Shown piece after piece: positions 24,701-36,955 of a stretch of DNA of 64,000 nucleotides; positions within the stretch are counted from its first letter, which is position 1; every line of letters starts with the position of its first letter. The stretch is taken from the NCBI GenBank assembly GCA_022813865.1, contig JALDZX010000012.1, positions 310,001 to 374,000 on the forward strand. Reading direction: 5' to 3'. Both the position numbers and the translations under genes were made by a program. A model generated the notes under the pieces. That model searched no databases. It worked only from the letters and a program-made list of their open reading frames with translations, and had not been told where the DNA came from. This DNA comes from Xylographa opegraphella. Its lineage: Eukaryota.

Positions 24701-24969
24701 CTGATCTTAGTAATAGGGCCATGGCCAGAGAAGTCGTCGAGTCAGGAGCACTTCTGACTGCACCACTGACAATGCGCGATGAAAGATGGCGTTCTGCCAT
24801 CATCGACGCTTTGGGACGTGTACTAACTCGGAATGACGCCAGTTTCGTGCCGGAGTCTTCCTTATTAATTCCTGCGAAAACAGCTCGCGCTGGGTTGTCT
24901 CATTTACGTTGGGTGGAGACCTTGACTACAGTACGGAAGGCTGTCAAGGACCGCCCAAAAGGACAGTAA
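21723..24969 (+). CDS. Fungal NLR: SesA/HeLo-like N-terminal domain + NB-ARC + degenerate TPR
   Basis: N-terminus MSVGFGFSFGDL..AL.DS.GAS.EF; P-loop QG|MGGIGKSQLA; YSAIFWLDA; Walker B WLLVFDNVD; GSLLITSR; LGAYPLAISQAG; IHPIVHEW; TPR-like FGPDHRCTL and LYERLNGPSSPETL; about four introns. Confidence 0.85.
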
Positions 24970-25631
24970 GATCATACGCCAGCACACAAAAGGCACCGAT
25001 TAGAAACGATCTCATGATCCAGCAATCTGTGGGAGGTGAAGCGATGTCTCGAATCAGTGGCGAGCAATTCGCTGGCTCTTTCGAAGCGCTCTACCTTCAT
25101 CGATAACTATTTACCGATGTCGCCACCCACGTGAGTTGAAAATCATGAAGATAGGTAGGCATGAGTATAATCCAGGAGCTCGTGGATGCCAGATTCAGCA
25201 GACGACTGCGAATGCAAGTTAAAGTACTCTGCTGATCGACCTGCGGGTCATGAGACCTGCCATGAGAGACTGGAGAAACTTTTTCTTACTGCGAAGTTTG
25301 ATTGTTGTAAAGCTTAGAGTTGGCGAATTTGAATACATAAATATGTAATAACATACTTATACCTATGCCTGATAGTCAGACATAATACACCGCCTGCCCG
25401 TGGCCTGATCTGATACGCTAGCAGCCGAGGCTCCCTAGGATTAGGAGATATCAGCGCCGCGGGACAGCCCGAAATGTAAACACCCCCTCAAGCCATAGTG
25501 ACCACATTCTCCCTACCGGTCAGTAGGTACCTTCAGTACAGTATCTATATGTACAATCTCTGGGTGGATTTCCTAGATACTCACCCACATCCCAAATTAA
25601 CCTTACCAAGCAACCCACAGCATTACAAGCA

Positions 25632-26446
25632 ATGGTTGAACGAACCGGCTCACGCGTGGCCCACACTCTCGCCGTGCCTGATCCGCTGGAAGACGACGAC
25701 GCCTCATCCCAAGACTCTGCCACAGATGAGGAAGATATCGCTCTCTCTTCTTCCTGTATGTTCTAGCTACTCCACTTCTCCTCACGCGTTTCTCTTTAAT
25801 CTCTCCTGTCCCCCCCTTTCCCCCGATCGAACCCTCCGGGGCGCCTCACTGACCGCCGTATCAAGCACCACCCGCATCCTTCACCCACCTCCGCGAAATC
25901 TCCCCTCTCGCCTCCTGGACCGTCTCGACCTCCAAGCCCGGCTGCGGCGTCCCTGCCCTCCTCTCCCCTTCTACAACCTCGTTCTGGCAGTCCGACGGCC
26001 CGCAACCGCATCTCCTCAACATCCACTTCTTCAAGCTGGTCGCCATCGTCAAGCTCCGTGTCTACCTCGACTTCGAACTCGACGAGAGCTACACCCCGAC
26101 GAAGATGAGTTTCGCAGCGGGCATGGGCGAGTACGACCTCGTGGAGTTTGGCGAGTGGAAGGGGGAACAGCCGAAAGGGTGGGTGGAGGTGGGGTTGGAG
26201 GGCTGTGGGGGCGGCGGGGAAGTGGATGGGGAGGGCGTGCTCCGGTGTATGTGCTTGCAGGTGCGGGTGCTGGAGAATCATCAGAATGGGAAAGATACGC
26301 ATCTGCGAGGGGTGCAGATCTTCTCGAGGGACGAAAGGGTGAAGGCTCCCCGGGAGAAGGGCGAGAATGGGAATGTGGAGGTTGGTGAGGAAGGATATGC
26401 AGATCTGGAGGAGTCTGACTGGATGGGCGAGCCGGAGCTGAGGTAA
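25632..26446 (+). CDS. APC10: Anaphase-promoting complex subunit 10
   Basis: LREISPLASWTVSTSKPGCGV, FWQSDGPQPHLLNIHF, DESYTP, ENHQNGKDTHLRG and C-terminal LR tail; intron ~25756-25865. Confidence 0.93.
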
Positions 26447-26668
26447 GGTACCACTCATGATTGCTGGGTTATGCAGAGTAGATTGGGAGCGCCTGGGCCT
26501 ATACTCCATAAGATGGAAACGAATCAGAGATGCGATTCTAGGTGAGCCTCCCCGGCCAAAGAATGGCGTGCAGTACTGAGATTGACCAGGACACTACACG
26601 CACTGGACTGGAGAGGATTTGCAATATCACGGTGGCGCCCAAAGACCACGCCCCAAAAATGAAATATT

Positions 26669-28034
26669 TTATTGCTTGTTGGAAAGTATTGTGGCCAATT
26701 CTTTCGCAATTGCATCTCCTACTTCGCTGGTCGTTGATTTGCCACGAATATCAGCTGTGCATACGCCAGAATCTATGGTCCGCCGCACCGCTTCCTCTAT
26801 AGCTTTCGCCTCAGCCGGCAAAGCAAGCGAGTACTGCAGGAGCATTGCCATGGAGAGAATTGCTGCCACCGGATTAACGATACCCTTTCCAGAGATATCG
26901 GGCGCTGAGCCTGATTTCTGATCAGTTCAAATCATGGAAGCAACTGCGAGAGAGATATACCATGTATTGGCTCGTATATGCCATTGACCTTGCTCTTTCC
27001 ATCAGGGATCCCGCTCAAGCTCGCACTTGGCAATAATCCCAAACTACCCGGTATCATACTTGCCTCGTCGCTGATGATGTCGCCAAAAAGATTGCTGGTC
27101 ACCACAATTCCGTTGAGAGTTCTTGGGTTCTTGATCATCACCATCGCAGCCGAATCAATCAGGTGATGGACCAGCTTAATCTGCGGGAACTCTTTCTCCA
27201 TAACTTCACTTACCACCTTCCTCCACAGTCGACTTGTCGCAAGCACGTTAGCCTTATCTAGGCTGGACACTGGTAGTGGCGGATCGGTCTGCATGGCCAG
27301 GTGTCCAGCAAGCCGAGTTATTCGCTCGATCTCCGCCCTGGAGTAGGGCTCCATGTCCCAAGCATAACCATCGCCGTCGTCTTCCTTCCGGTCACCAAAG
27401 TATATCCCACCTGTCAGTTCGCGAATGATGTTAAAGTCTACGCCGCGACAGACATCAGCTTTCAGTGGAGATATGTCAACAAGAGTATCAGATGCGAAAT
27501 TGCAAGGTCTCAAGTTGCCGAAAGTGCCCATCTCCTTGCGAAGCTTAAGGAGACCTTGCTCTGGTCGAACAAGCCCGGTACCCCATTTCTGGAAGCTGGT
27601 TAGCAAAACTCAGACCGCGTGATTGAAGTTTTACTGGTCCGCCGATGGCTCCGAGAATGACAGCATCGGCATTCTTGGCTGCTGTGAGCGCTGCATCGGT
27701 CAATGGAACACCCGTGGCATCAATTGAAGCCTGAGCCATGGTTAGTCTAGAAGAGCAGCTTCAAAAGGCCGCTGATCCACTGACGCCGCCAAGGAGATGT
27801 TCTTGGAAGTCAAAGTCGACATTCGACCTTTCTCGTTCGACCACTCGTAGAATCTTACACAATAGATAAGAATATATCCTATCATATCTCCAAATAAATT
27901 GATGTTGCAAACCTTGATAGCTTCGTTGGTCACCTAGAAAACAATCAATATCACGAATCGTGTTCACGTCAAAGGAGTCAAACCTCCGGGCCGCAGTAAT
28001 CCCCAGCGAACACAACGATCTTGTACACTGTCAT
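26669..28034 (-). CDS. LEU2: 3-isopropylmalate dehydrogenase
   Basis: [75 protein letters not shown]; about five introns. Confidence 0.96.
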
Positions 28035-28509
28035 CGTAATATACTACACGGCTGAAGACGTTCGTCGGTTGTCTATGTAAAAGTCATAGATAAATTCCAC
28101 TCAGTAATGGTCCATTGGCCTAGGACTTTTAAGTGAAAGGCAGTGGAGAATATACTCCGTCATCGGAGCCGCCGAGGTTGTGCCGAGATGCAAATCGCAA
28201 GAACCTTTCACCACGTTGCTGCGACATTCAGGTGTTAATGTTATTTGACACGATGCAAAGCTGGCGCCCAATAAACTGGATCCTCAGTATCGTCCCATTA
28301 ATGTAGTCAGGAGCTCGTACGGGATCATTTTTGTCCCGTGCAGCAAGTACGAAGGACTTTTGCGCACCTGCCGACTGATATTGATGTGCTCTTCAAATGG
28401 ATGCTGTTCCATAAAACAACATTTTAAAGATACTGATTTGCGTCTTTCATTATTGTATTTGACTGTCTCTTACGCGGTCTCTATTCTCTAGCATCATGAA
28501 TACGTCCCA

Positions 28510-29560
28510 AAATTTGATATGCCTCCACTTTCTCTCTGCTGTGATCGAGTCAACGAAGGCCGGCCTACCGGCCCATCGATCTGCTCTCTCTTCAATTTTC
28601 CTACCGAAACACTAGTATTGATCCTCTGATATGTTACAGAAGAATCTCTGCTCTGTCTTTCCCTTGTCAGCAAGGACTGTCCGCAGCTGGCGCACTTCCC
28701 GCCAATTAACTACAGTTCATCCGAATTATAGTGATTCAAGTCGTGAGATCGTTACAAGAATTCTCAGCAGAAGGTTCAGAAAGAGTATAGAAACAGCGTT
28801 CGAACAGTTCGACCGCCAATCGGAGCATGTACACGGCAGCTTTTTGCGGACGCAGCGAGCGAAAACAACGATGTGATGTACAATCGCAAGACCATCTCTA
28901 GTCACCAGCTCACTCCACCCGATGATTCTTATAAGGCGTACTTTTGTAGCTGACAACCCAGGTTTCCACGATGATTATATTTTTTTCAGCAGTGCAAGAA
29001 TTGGTATCGAACCCCACTATTCTACCGCATCTCTCTCACTGCCGAGTTGGACAGAAACGGGTTAGCATTCCCACCATCTCTTCTCAGGGGGGCCTGACGT
29101 GCTCTTCTCTACCGGATTCCAGGATTTCCGGATTTGGCTGTTGGAGAGAACTGAAACAGTGGAACTACCGATTTAACCGTATTTGCAATCCCCCGAGTGA
29201 CCGCTCCGCACGCTTCATTGTGGAAGTTATTTTTGGATCGCAGCTGGTACGGGATGGCGGAGAGAAAATTGCGTCTCGGCTGTTCACTGACATCTTACAT
29301 CTTTGTTTCGGCAACACTGGAGTCGTTGGCTTGGAGGACGAGTCACCCTCCCTTGGGCTTCCGGGAGGAAGCAATGTTCGCTCGCTGCCGATGCGGTGGC
29401 TATCCCGCACTTCCCCGGTTTGTGGTATCGGAGATACAGCAGCAGTTTCCACGTGGGAGATTCTCCATGCCTAGGAGCCATCGTATCAGATAATTTGTGC
29501 GCATTACTGTTAGAGATCAACCCTGGCTCAGCAGCCGCGCAATGCGTCCGAACGCGCGGC
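28510..29560 (+). pseudogene. Decayed F-box-domain protein gene
   Basis: DRVNEGR..SLFNFPTETLVLIL*YVTEESLLCLSLVSKDCPQLA (stop 28627-28629), then frameshifted blocks SRQLTTVHPNYSDSS, PIGACTRQL, NPTILPHL, *PLRTLH (stop 29198-29200) and ATLESLAW. Confidence 0.6.
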
Positions 29561-29847
29561 AGAGGCCCTGCGATAAATACTTTGGGCTGGTATACTTATT
29601 TATAGTAAGAGGTATATTTTATAGATTTCCTACGTAGAACTTATCTCATCCCTATCTTCTTTTACTATTTATTATGGGTGAATCCTGAACCCCTATGCCA
29701 CCTCCTCTCCGGTATGATCGGAAACCCAAAGACGAACAAACAGCGAGTAGCCACCGACCATGACGACTGCTCCAATGTCCACCGGCGCTACGTATATGCC
29801 ACCTCTCGCTCTAATCCACAACCGCCCCCGATAAAGCATACGGTACA

Positions 29848-31080
29848 CTACTTCAACGCCAGCACCGCCGTGAGCGCGTCCTGAAAGACCTGCACGTTGT
29901 AATCGATCAGCGGCTTCTCGACCGCGAAGCGCGGCTCCTTGGAGAACCCGATCAGCGCCAGGTACCTGCCAGGCAGCGTCAGTCACGTACACGAGCGCGG
30001 CCGCCGGGGTGCCAGCAAACTTACTTGTTCATCTCTTTCAGGTAGAGGCAGTAGCCGCGGATGCCGTTGATGGACGACTCGGCGTCGCTCTCGTCCGCCG
30101 GTGGGGCCGGCGTGCCGTTGCAGTCCTCGGCGTGCTCCTCGCGCTCGTCGGTGGCGGGGGCGGCAGCGGTGCGGAGCTTGCCGCGGTCCCAGCCGTAGAT
30201 CTCGGCGAGGTCGACGATGGTGTCGATGTAGTCGGAGCACAGGGTGTAGCCGGCCATGTCGACGGGGGAGGTGTCGGCGGCGATGTAGAGCTTGGAGAGG
30301 ACGTCGAAGAGGTAGAGTTTCTGCATCTTGCACGCGCCGGCGAGGGTGTTGAGGAGGGCCTCGAAGGCGGCGAGCTGGGGGTTGAGCAGCTGCAGCACCT
30401 TGCTCAGCGCCTCGTACACGCTGTCGTCGTACACCGACGTCGCGTAGAAGCTCACCGGCGGGTTCTCCAGCCCGGCGTCGTTGAGGTCGTCCAGGATACG
30501 CTGGATGATGTCCCGCACAATGTCCTCGCGGAAGTCACTGCCCAGCGAGTCCACCTTGTGGATGAAGACCGTGTACTTGATGTCCGGGTACTGCTGCTGC
30601 AGCTGCAGGATCGTCTCCGTCAGCCGGCCCACCGACTCGATATAGTCGTCCTGCGCGTCGAGGATCCAGACCATCGCCCCTGCCGCGCCGAAGATGCTTT
30701 CCGTGTCGAAGTTCGTCTCCAGGAAGTCGATCTGGCCGGGAAGGTCCCAGATCTGGAAATTCCGGTACGAGCTGCCGGGGGGGATCAGTGGCACTTCCAC
30801 GCGGTGTCAGAAGCATGTTTGAGAACTCACTATAAGGCGTGCTTCTTGATCACAACAGTCGCGGGGATGAAGACGGTCTCCGTCGGTGGGAGCTTGTAGA
30901 GGACGACGTTGATGATAGAGGACTTGCCACTTCTTCATATATATACACAGCACATCAGTCTTGGGTGATGCATCAGGTCGTGCGTGACGCGTCAAGGGCC
31001 ACCTACCTCTTTAATCCCATGAAAAGGAGACGCGGTTTGTGGTTGCCATGAGCCGATGTGACGACTTCAGATCCCTCCAT
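29848..31080 (-). CDS. GTR2: Rag C/D-type small GTPase
   Basis: KPRLLFMGLKR|SGKSSI, WDLPGQ, FIHKVD, YLFDVLSKLYIA.D.SPVD, LCSDYID, LYLKEMNK|YLAL, LIDYNV; three introns. Confidence 0.9.
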
Positions 31081-32164
31081 GTCGGGTCTTCCGGCCTGTC
31101 GAACAGCGTTAGACGGTGTGTTACTAATGTACGCGCAATATCTAATAGGTTGGTTTAGGGTTTGAAGAAAAACAGATTGCGATGGGTATTGGATATATGG
31201 GTGATACATAGTGAGGTTCCCATCTGAGAAGACATGTTGAACGGATTAACAAATGGCCCGAATTTCTTTGTCGTAGTTTAGGGCATGAAATATGGAAATG
31301 TAGCAAGTCGACCTCGTGCAATTACAATAGTACGAGAAAACACACGATCGCCAGCTGCTTCATAGAGCTGCGACTACCCCACAAACTCAACAGCGCTGGG
31401 TAAATAGTCCAGCAGACCCTGCAACGATACAAGCTCACATCTATCCAAGCAGCTCCGCAATCCTCAACCGAGAGCATAAAGCTGTAACCCGAAAAACTCC
31501 CCAAGAGCGACATTCAACCTACAACTCCCTTCCCCACAGCTTCCCCCCAGAGCCCTCATACCTCCCAACCATACATACACCGAACACTCAAAGCACACAA
31601 CACCGTGACACAAAAGNAAAAAAACTCTACATACCTCCTGCACGCCCGACCCGATCAGCGCCATGATCCGCTCTCGCTGCTCGCGGCCCCGACGCTCAGA
31701 CACTTCTTCATACAAGTGTCCGTTTTAGCGGTATGATATCGCACAGGAGAGATATCGTCCATTCGGCAAGCACTCGATGCTAGCGCGACAGCTGAGGGAG
31801 CGGATTCAGGAATGGCTGGGAATCGGAAGGGTTTGCTTGCACATATGCATTCCTCGACAGGATAGATGTGATGCCAATACCGCAGTAGAGCTGGGGAACT
31901 TGTCCAAGATTTGACGAAGTAAGTGTGGAGGAACGAAGAATAATACACAGGTTTATTATTTCTGTGATCCTGTTCTCGAAGGTAACGTAGATAGTATGTC
32001 GACAGGATGGAGCTAACACCAAAGAGGCTTGGCGCGATCTGAGCACAATGGAACAGCATAGGTAGGTATCGGTGTCAATTCAGTCCAATGCCCTCTCTCC
32101 CAGTATCAATTCCCACCTAAGGAAACACCACACAAAAATACCCACGCAGCACCCCCTCAACAAC

Positions 32165-33030
32165 TCATTCCTCAAACACCCCATTCCACCCCACACCCAT
32201 TCCCCCCCACCCCTCCTCCCTCCACACCCCACTCCGCCCCCCCTCCTTCCGCACACACCTCACGCCCTCAATGCCCACCCCACGATCCACCCCCTTACAC
32301 ATATCCACCACCGACAGCGCCGCGCCGACCACACCCGCCAGCGCCTCCATCTCCACGCCCGTCTTACCCGTACACTCGACCTCGACGACGATCCGCACAC
32401 CCCCATACTCGCCAACCCCTTTGCTCCGCTGCTGCCTTACCGCTTCTTCGTCCTCCCACCCCGTCTCCGCCTCCTGCACGCTCGCACCGCTGCCGTCCGC
32501 TTCGCCCTCCGGCCCGACGACCCACACCCCGACCCGCACGCCCTCGACGCCGAGCCCGCTGTGTGCGAGCGGGATGATGTCCGCGGCGCGCTTGGCGGCC
32601 ATGAGGCCCGCGACGCGCGCGACGGCGAGGACGTCGCCTTTGCGGAGGAGGTGGTTACGTACGAGGGGCAGGGGCGCTGGGGAGCGGAAGCGCACGTGGC
32701 CGGCGGCGGTGGCGCGGCGGTGAGTGGAGGGCTTGTTGGCGACGGAGACGATGTGGATGGTGGAGGTGGGGGTGAGGTGGGGGAGAGTGGGGGACGGGGA
32801 GGGTTGAGAGGGGGGTGGTACAGGCGGATTGGGAGGCGGGAGGGAGTGGGCGGGGGTGGAGGTGGAGAAGGTGCGGATGGAGAGCGTGGAGGGGTGGGGG
32901 TGAGGAGGGAGGAGGTGGAGCGGTATGGTACCGCGGGGGAGAGTTCTGGGAACGGTGCCGACGGTGGAGGGGAGTCGGAATGGTCGCAAGGAGTGGCGGG
33001 CAGGTATCGAAGTATGGGGCGCGCGTTCAT
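32165..33030 (-). CDS. MOCS1B: Cyclic pyranopterin monophosphate synthase (MoaC / MOCS1B domain), 3' exon of the cnxABC-type locus
   Basis: LPHL....IHIVSV..K..THRRATA, KGDVLAVARVAGLMAAKR..DIIPLAH, GKTGVEMEAL, DMCKGVD, KEGGRSG. Confidence 0.92.
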
Positions 33031-33166
33031 CTACGAGGGTCGTATCAGCAAAGCCTCGAATCGTAAAACGTAGATATATTTGCAACATGGGCTGTCCGTG
33101 TATATAGACCGATCCCCACTCGCGGATGATGCCTCGGAAACCCCCTCGAGAAAGAATATGTAGGAC

Positions 33167-34528
33167 CTACCCACCAATTAAGATCATCGGCCGGTTCTTC
33201 ATGTTTTCCAGCTCTCCCATGCCGGCGTGCTTCTCCTTCTTCCGCTGCACCGCCATACCGATCACGTCGAGCAGCTCTCGTTCCCGCACGCTGTGCCCGA
33301 GCTCGGCGGTGTTGCCGGGTATGGCTTGCCTGCGATCCATCTCGACCTGTTTCATCGCTTCCCAGGCCTCTTCGTCAATGGGCGCACCGCCGTTCTCCTT
33401 CCGCAGCAAGTCTCGCAGACTCACCTCCGCATTGCCGAAGAGACAGACCTTGAGGTTGCCGTCGCTGGTGATGCGCAACCGGTTGCAGCTACCGCAGAAG
33501 TTCTCCGTCATACTGGTGATAAAGCCAATCCTGCCCGCGAAGCCCGGGACTTCGAACGTCTTACTGGTTTCGTTCTTTCCATCTTGCACTTTTCGTAACC
33601 CGGGGTATTTCTCTCGGATGATGCCAAGCATCTCCTGGTATCCGAGCATTTTGCCCTTGCTCCACTTGTTCCCGTCAAAGGGCATGTATTCGATGAACCG
33701 TACCTCGACATCCTTCGCCTTGCCCATCTCCACAAAGGGGAGGATTTCCCGCTCGTTGACTCCCCGCATCACCACGCAATTGACTTTCAGCTTGATGCCC
33801 GCACCCAGTTGATTCATCTCCAAGATACGGTCGATGCTCTTCATGACGGCTTCGAAGCCTTTCCGCCGTGTCATGATCTGGAATTGGAACTGGTCGAGGG
33901 TATCTAGGCTCAGATTCACGCCGGTGAGGCCAGCCTCGACCATGCTGTCCAGCTTCCGGAAGAGCGTAATGCCATTCGTCGTCAGACACAGTTCTTTCAA
34001 CCCATTCCGTCGAAGTTCCCCAATGCTGTGCATCAGAGGGAGTATATCTCTCCGGATCGTAGGCTCTCCCCCCGTGAGCCGGATCTTTGTAACCCCCTGG
34101 CCGACAAAAAGCGAGGAGAGGTAAATAATCTCAGGGGTCGTCAGGAGATGCGACGGCGGAGACAAAGGCACACCTTCCTCGGGCATGCAGTACACACACC
34201 GGAGGTTACAGCGCTCGGTGATGCTGATGCGCAGGTAGTCATGCTGGCGGGAGAAAGAATCGGTCAAGAATGCCGAGAACGGCTTGACGTCCTGCAGCCC
34301 TTTCCTTCTCGACGAAGATAGGAGGCTGTGCTGTGGGAGGGGGCGCGCTGGTTCGTGGGGAGGAAAATTATCAATTGGGGGCTCAACCGCTGCTGTCGCT
34401 ACCGCGATACCCCGCCGGTGGGGACCTGAGACACTTGGATGTGAGGAGTTGTGATTTTGGCATGCCCGTTTACTGACATTGTTCAGCGCCCTGACAGAGC
34501 GGACGGTAGACCTTCGAGCACAGTCCAT
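33167..34528 (-). CDS. MOCS1A: GTP 3',8-cyclase (MoaA / MOCS1A), radical SAM
   Basis: YLRISITERCNLRCVYCMP, RLTGGEP, FIEYMPF, FCGSCNRLR...KVCLF, C-terminal MILIGG*; Arg-rich N-terminus resembling a mitochondrial presequence. Confidence 0.95.
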   Translation of the reverse strand: MDCARRSTVRSVRALNNVSKRACQNHNSSHPSVSGPHRRGIAVATAAVEPPIDNFPPHEPARPLPQHSLLSSSRRKGLQDVKPFSAFLTDSFSRQHDYLRISITERCNLRCVYCMPEEGVPLSPPSHLLTTPEIIYLSSLFVGQGVTKIRLTGGEPTIRRDILPLMHSIGELRRNGLKELCLTTNGITLFRKLDSMVEAGLTGVNLSLDTLDQFQFQIMTRRKGFEAVMKSIDRILEMNQLGAGIKLKVNCVVMRGVNEREILPFVEMGKAKDVEVRFIEYMPFDGNKWSKGKMLGYQEMLGIIREKYPGLRKVQDGKNETSKTFEVPGFAGRIGFITSMTENFCGSCNRLRITSDGNLKVCLFGNAEVSLRDLLRKENGGAPIDEEAWEAMKQVEMDRRQAIPGNTAELGHSVRERELLDVIGMAVQRKKEKHAGMGELENMKNRPMILIGG

Positions 34529-35018
34529 GTCACCTGGGGATGTAGAAGGACAGGGAGGCTCCGGAGGTCTGACATTGCGTCGGCAGGAAAATCTACGTAG
34601 TTTATCACGGGTGTGGTGGCCGGGACAGTATCTGCCGTATACCCACACCAGCCTGGCTTATCGAACTAAATAGTAGTATATATACACCCCGTTTTCAACT
34701 GAGACTTGGAGACAAAAATTGTATCTCGCCACCCAGAACGGGCTTGATCTGTGTCGCAGCAGCAGCAGCAGCACCGAAGCAAGCCTCATATCATCGTTGG
34801 TGCTACGGTCACAGGGTATCACATACGCATAGAGCAGTATTGCTAATACTGTTTCATAGATATCTATGTAAGCTGGACTGAGTAATGTTGCTCTAGCCGG
34901 TACCTTAACGATAATATCCTCCTAGGACTCTGTGGTCCCTTCGTGGTCTCGTAAATCCCTTATATACAGCCAGTGTATTCCTCTCCAAATATCAGAAACG
35001 CCATGAAAGTTTCATACC

Positions 35019-36955
35019 TCACAAATGTGAAGTGATAGCAGCAACCCTCCTGCAAGCTTCCTCCATATCCGAACATATCATCTCGAAACGTGACATAACT
35101 GCCGAACTGACCTCGCCGCCCTCTTCTTGGTTGCCGTCTTCTACCACGAGGTCCACGCGAGCGAAAGCCTTCTCCAGTTCGATACCGCCGAATACTTGAT
35201 ATTCCGACTCAAGAGACTGTGGTTCTGAAGGCGTGGCGGTGGGAGTGATGGGGTAGTCAACGAAGAGAGCAAAGGCAGGGTTGGAAGCATCGAGTTCGAC
35301 CTCGACGAAGGTAGCTTCTGCTTCCTCTTTAGGCTGCTGTTTCTCCATATTTGCTGGCATACGCTCAAAGTTCACGACCTCATCCTTCGTCTCGCTACTG
35401 GAGAATGACACAACACTACTCGATGACTTTCCGGAAAGAAGACCGAGGTCTATGCTGTCAACCGCAGGACCCTGTGGTAGCTCGGACACTGAGAAGACCT
35501 GGGTGTTGAATGGAATGTCAAGGTTCGCTGCCCATGCGTTGGCGGGAGTATTGTCAAAAACGGAGAAGTCCATCTGCGTATCGGGTACCAGCGCCATACC
35601 GATCTGCGCACCACTTTGAGTTTGAGTTTGAGTTTGGAATTGTCGCTGATTGGGGTTGGCATCCTTACGGACGGGTTGAATTTGTTGATGGCTGGAAGTT
35701 GAAGATGTTGCTGAGGATGGGGTAGGTGCGGGAACGGCTGGAAGCCCATTGGTGCTCAGGTCGTTCAAAAACGTGGAGAAAGCAGACGAAGAGAGGAGCA
35801 TGCGAGTAAGGTCGGTAAGGCGAATGTTCTCGGACTTGAGAGCATCGTTCTCTGATCGAAGATCATCCGCTTCCTTCCCCTTGACGGCAAGTTCTCCTTC
35901 AAGTTGTCCAATGTATTCTGTATCAAAGTTAGCGTAGGAATCATGGTAGATTTATTCCAAGTATTACCTTTTCGTCGTGATCGGAAGGCTCTTGCTGATA
36001 CCTTGTTTCTTAACTGTCTTCGTTCTTTGCTGGAAAGCTTCTTGCCTTCTTCACTGGCGAGGAGACGCTCATCTTCATCCATGTCTTCTTCGTCTTTCCG
36101 CTGTCTTCCCATATGATGTTGATTCGCTGTAGGTGTAGATGTATCATCATCGTGCGAGGATGAGACACTGCTCTGTCGCATCTGACTAAGAAGGCGAGAT
36201 ATCCTTTCTTCAACAATAGGATCTGCAGTCGAGCGGGAGCTTTGTGAAGGAGTCCGAGCTGGTTGTTGATGTTGTGGCACGACTATCTGCGGAGGAGCGG
36301 GCCTCGCCTTCTGCTGTCTTTGTTGTGCTTGTGCCTTGGCCAAGGCTGCTTGTTGTTGATGCATACCGGGCCATAACCGGCCGACTTGACTTTGGACTGG
36401 GGTGTCGGTCGGTGACATGTCCTCCTGGCCGCCGATGGCACTAGGGTTGACATAGTCCGACTTGGATGTTTGAGTGACAAACAGATCGGATAGTGGAGAG
36501 TCGAAATCCATATCCATATCAGTGGAGCCACTGAAGGAAGGGTTGTGGACGGGAACACTGTTGAAGTCGAAGGTGTCGTCCGTGACAGCCATACCGGTGT
36601 TCATACCAAAATAACCGTCGCTTGGAGGGATGTTGTAGTTCTGATATGTTCCGAAGGCAAACGTATTCGGTTGATTTACTGCCAACGTATGGGCCAAGGC
36701 TCCCATTGGGAGACCGGTTGACTGTTTGTAAGACTCATATTGATGACTCGGTGGAGGAAACAATGGCTGTGAGCTGGATTGGGAGGGGATGAAGTGGTTG
36801 ACGGGTGCTTCGATGTGGAATTCAGGTGTCGCAATCGTCTTTCCCCGGGCGGTTGATGACGGGGAGATGGAAGGCGAGGGATAAACGGATTGATCGTAGT
36901 TGAGGTAGCAATCAATGTCGAGAGTGTCGTTCGAGACCTCTTGCTTGAAGGCCAT
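35019..36955 (-). CDS. bZIP transcription factor
   Basis: EEGKKLSSKERRQLRNKVSARAFRSRRK|EYIGQLE basic region and zipper; RKDANP motif; one intron at ~35919-35967. Confidence 0.9.

Noticed and set aside
31460..31925. Protein-like fragments (RYDIAQERYRPFGKH on +, MALIGSGVQE on -) and an ambiguous base at 31617
   Set aside because: No consistent start or exon model on either strand.
30009..33073. Long antisense ORFs (30009-30899, 32072-33073; likewise 14280-15116, 45649-46362)
   Set aside because: Shadow frames of high-GC3 genes on the opposite strand.
35019..36955. cpc-1/GCN4 or HAC1 identity for the bZIP gene
   Set aside because: The basic-region sequence and central position of the bZIP do not match either family.
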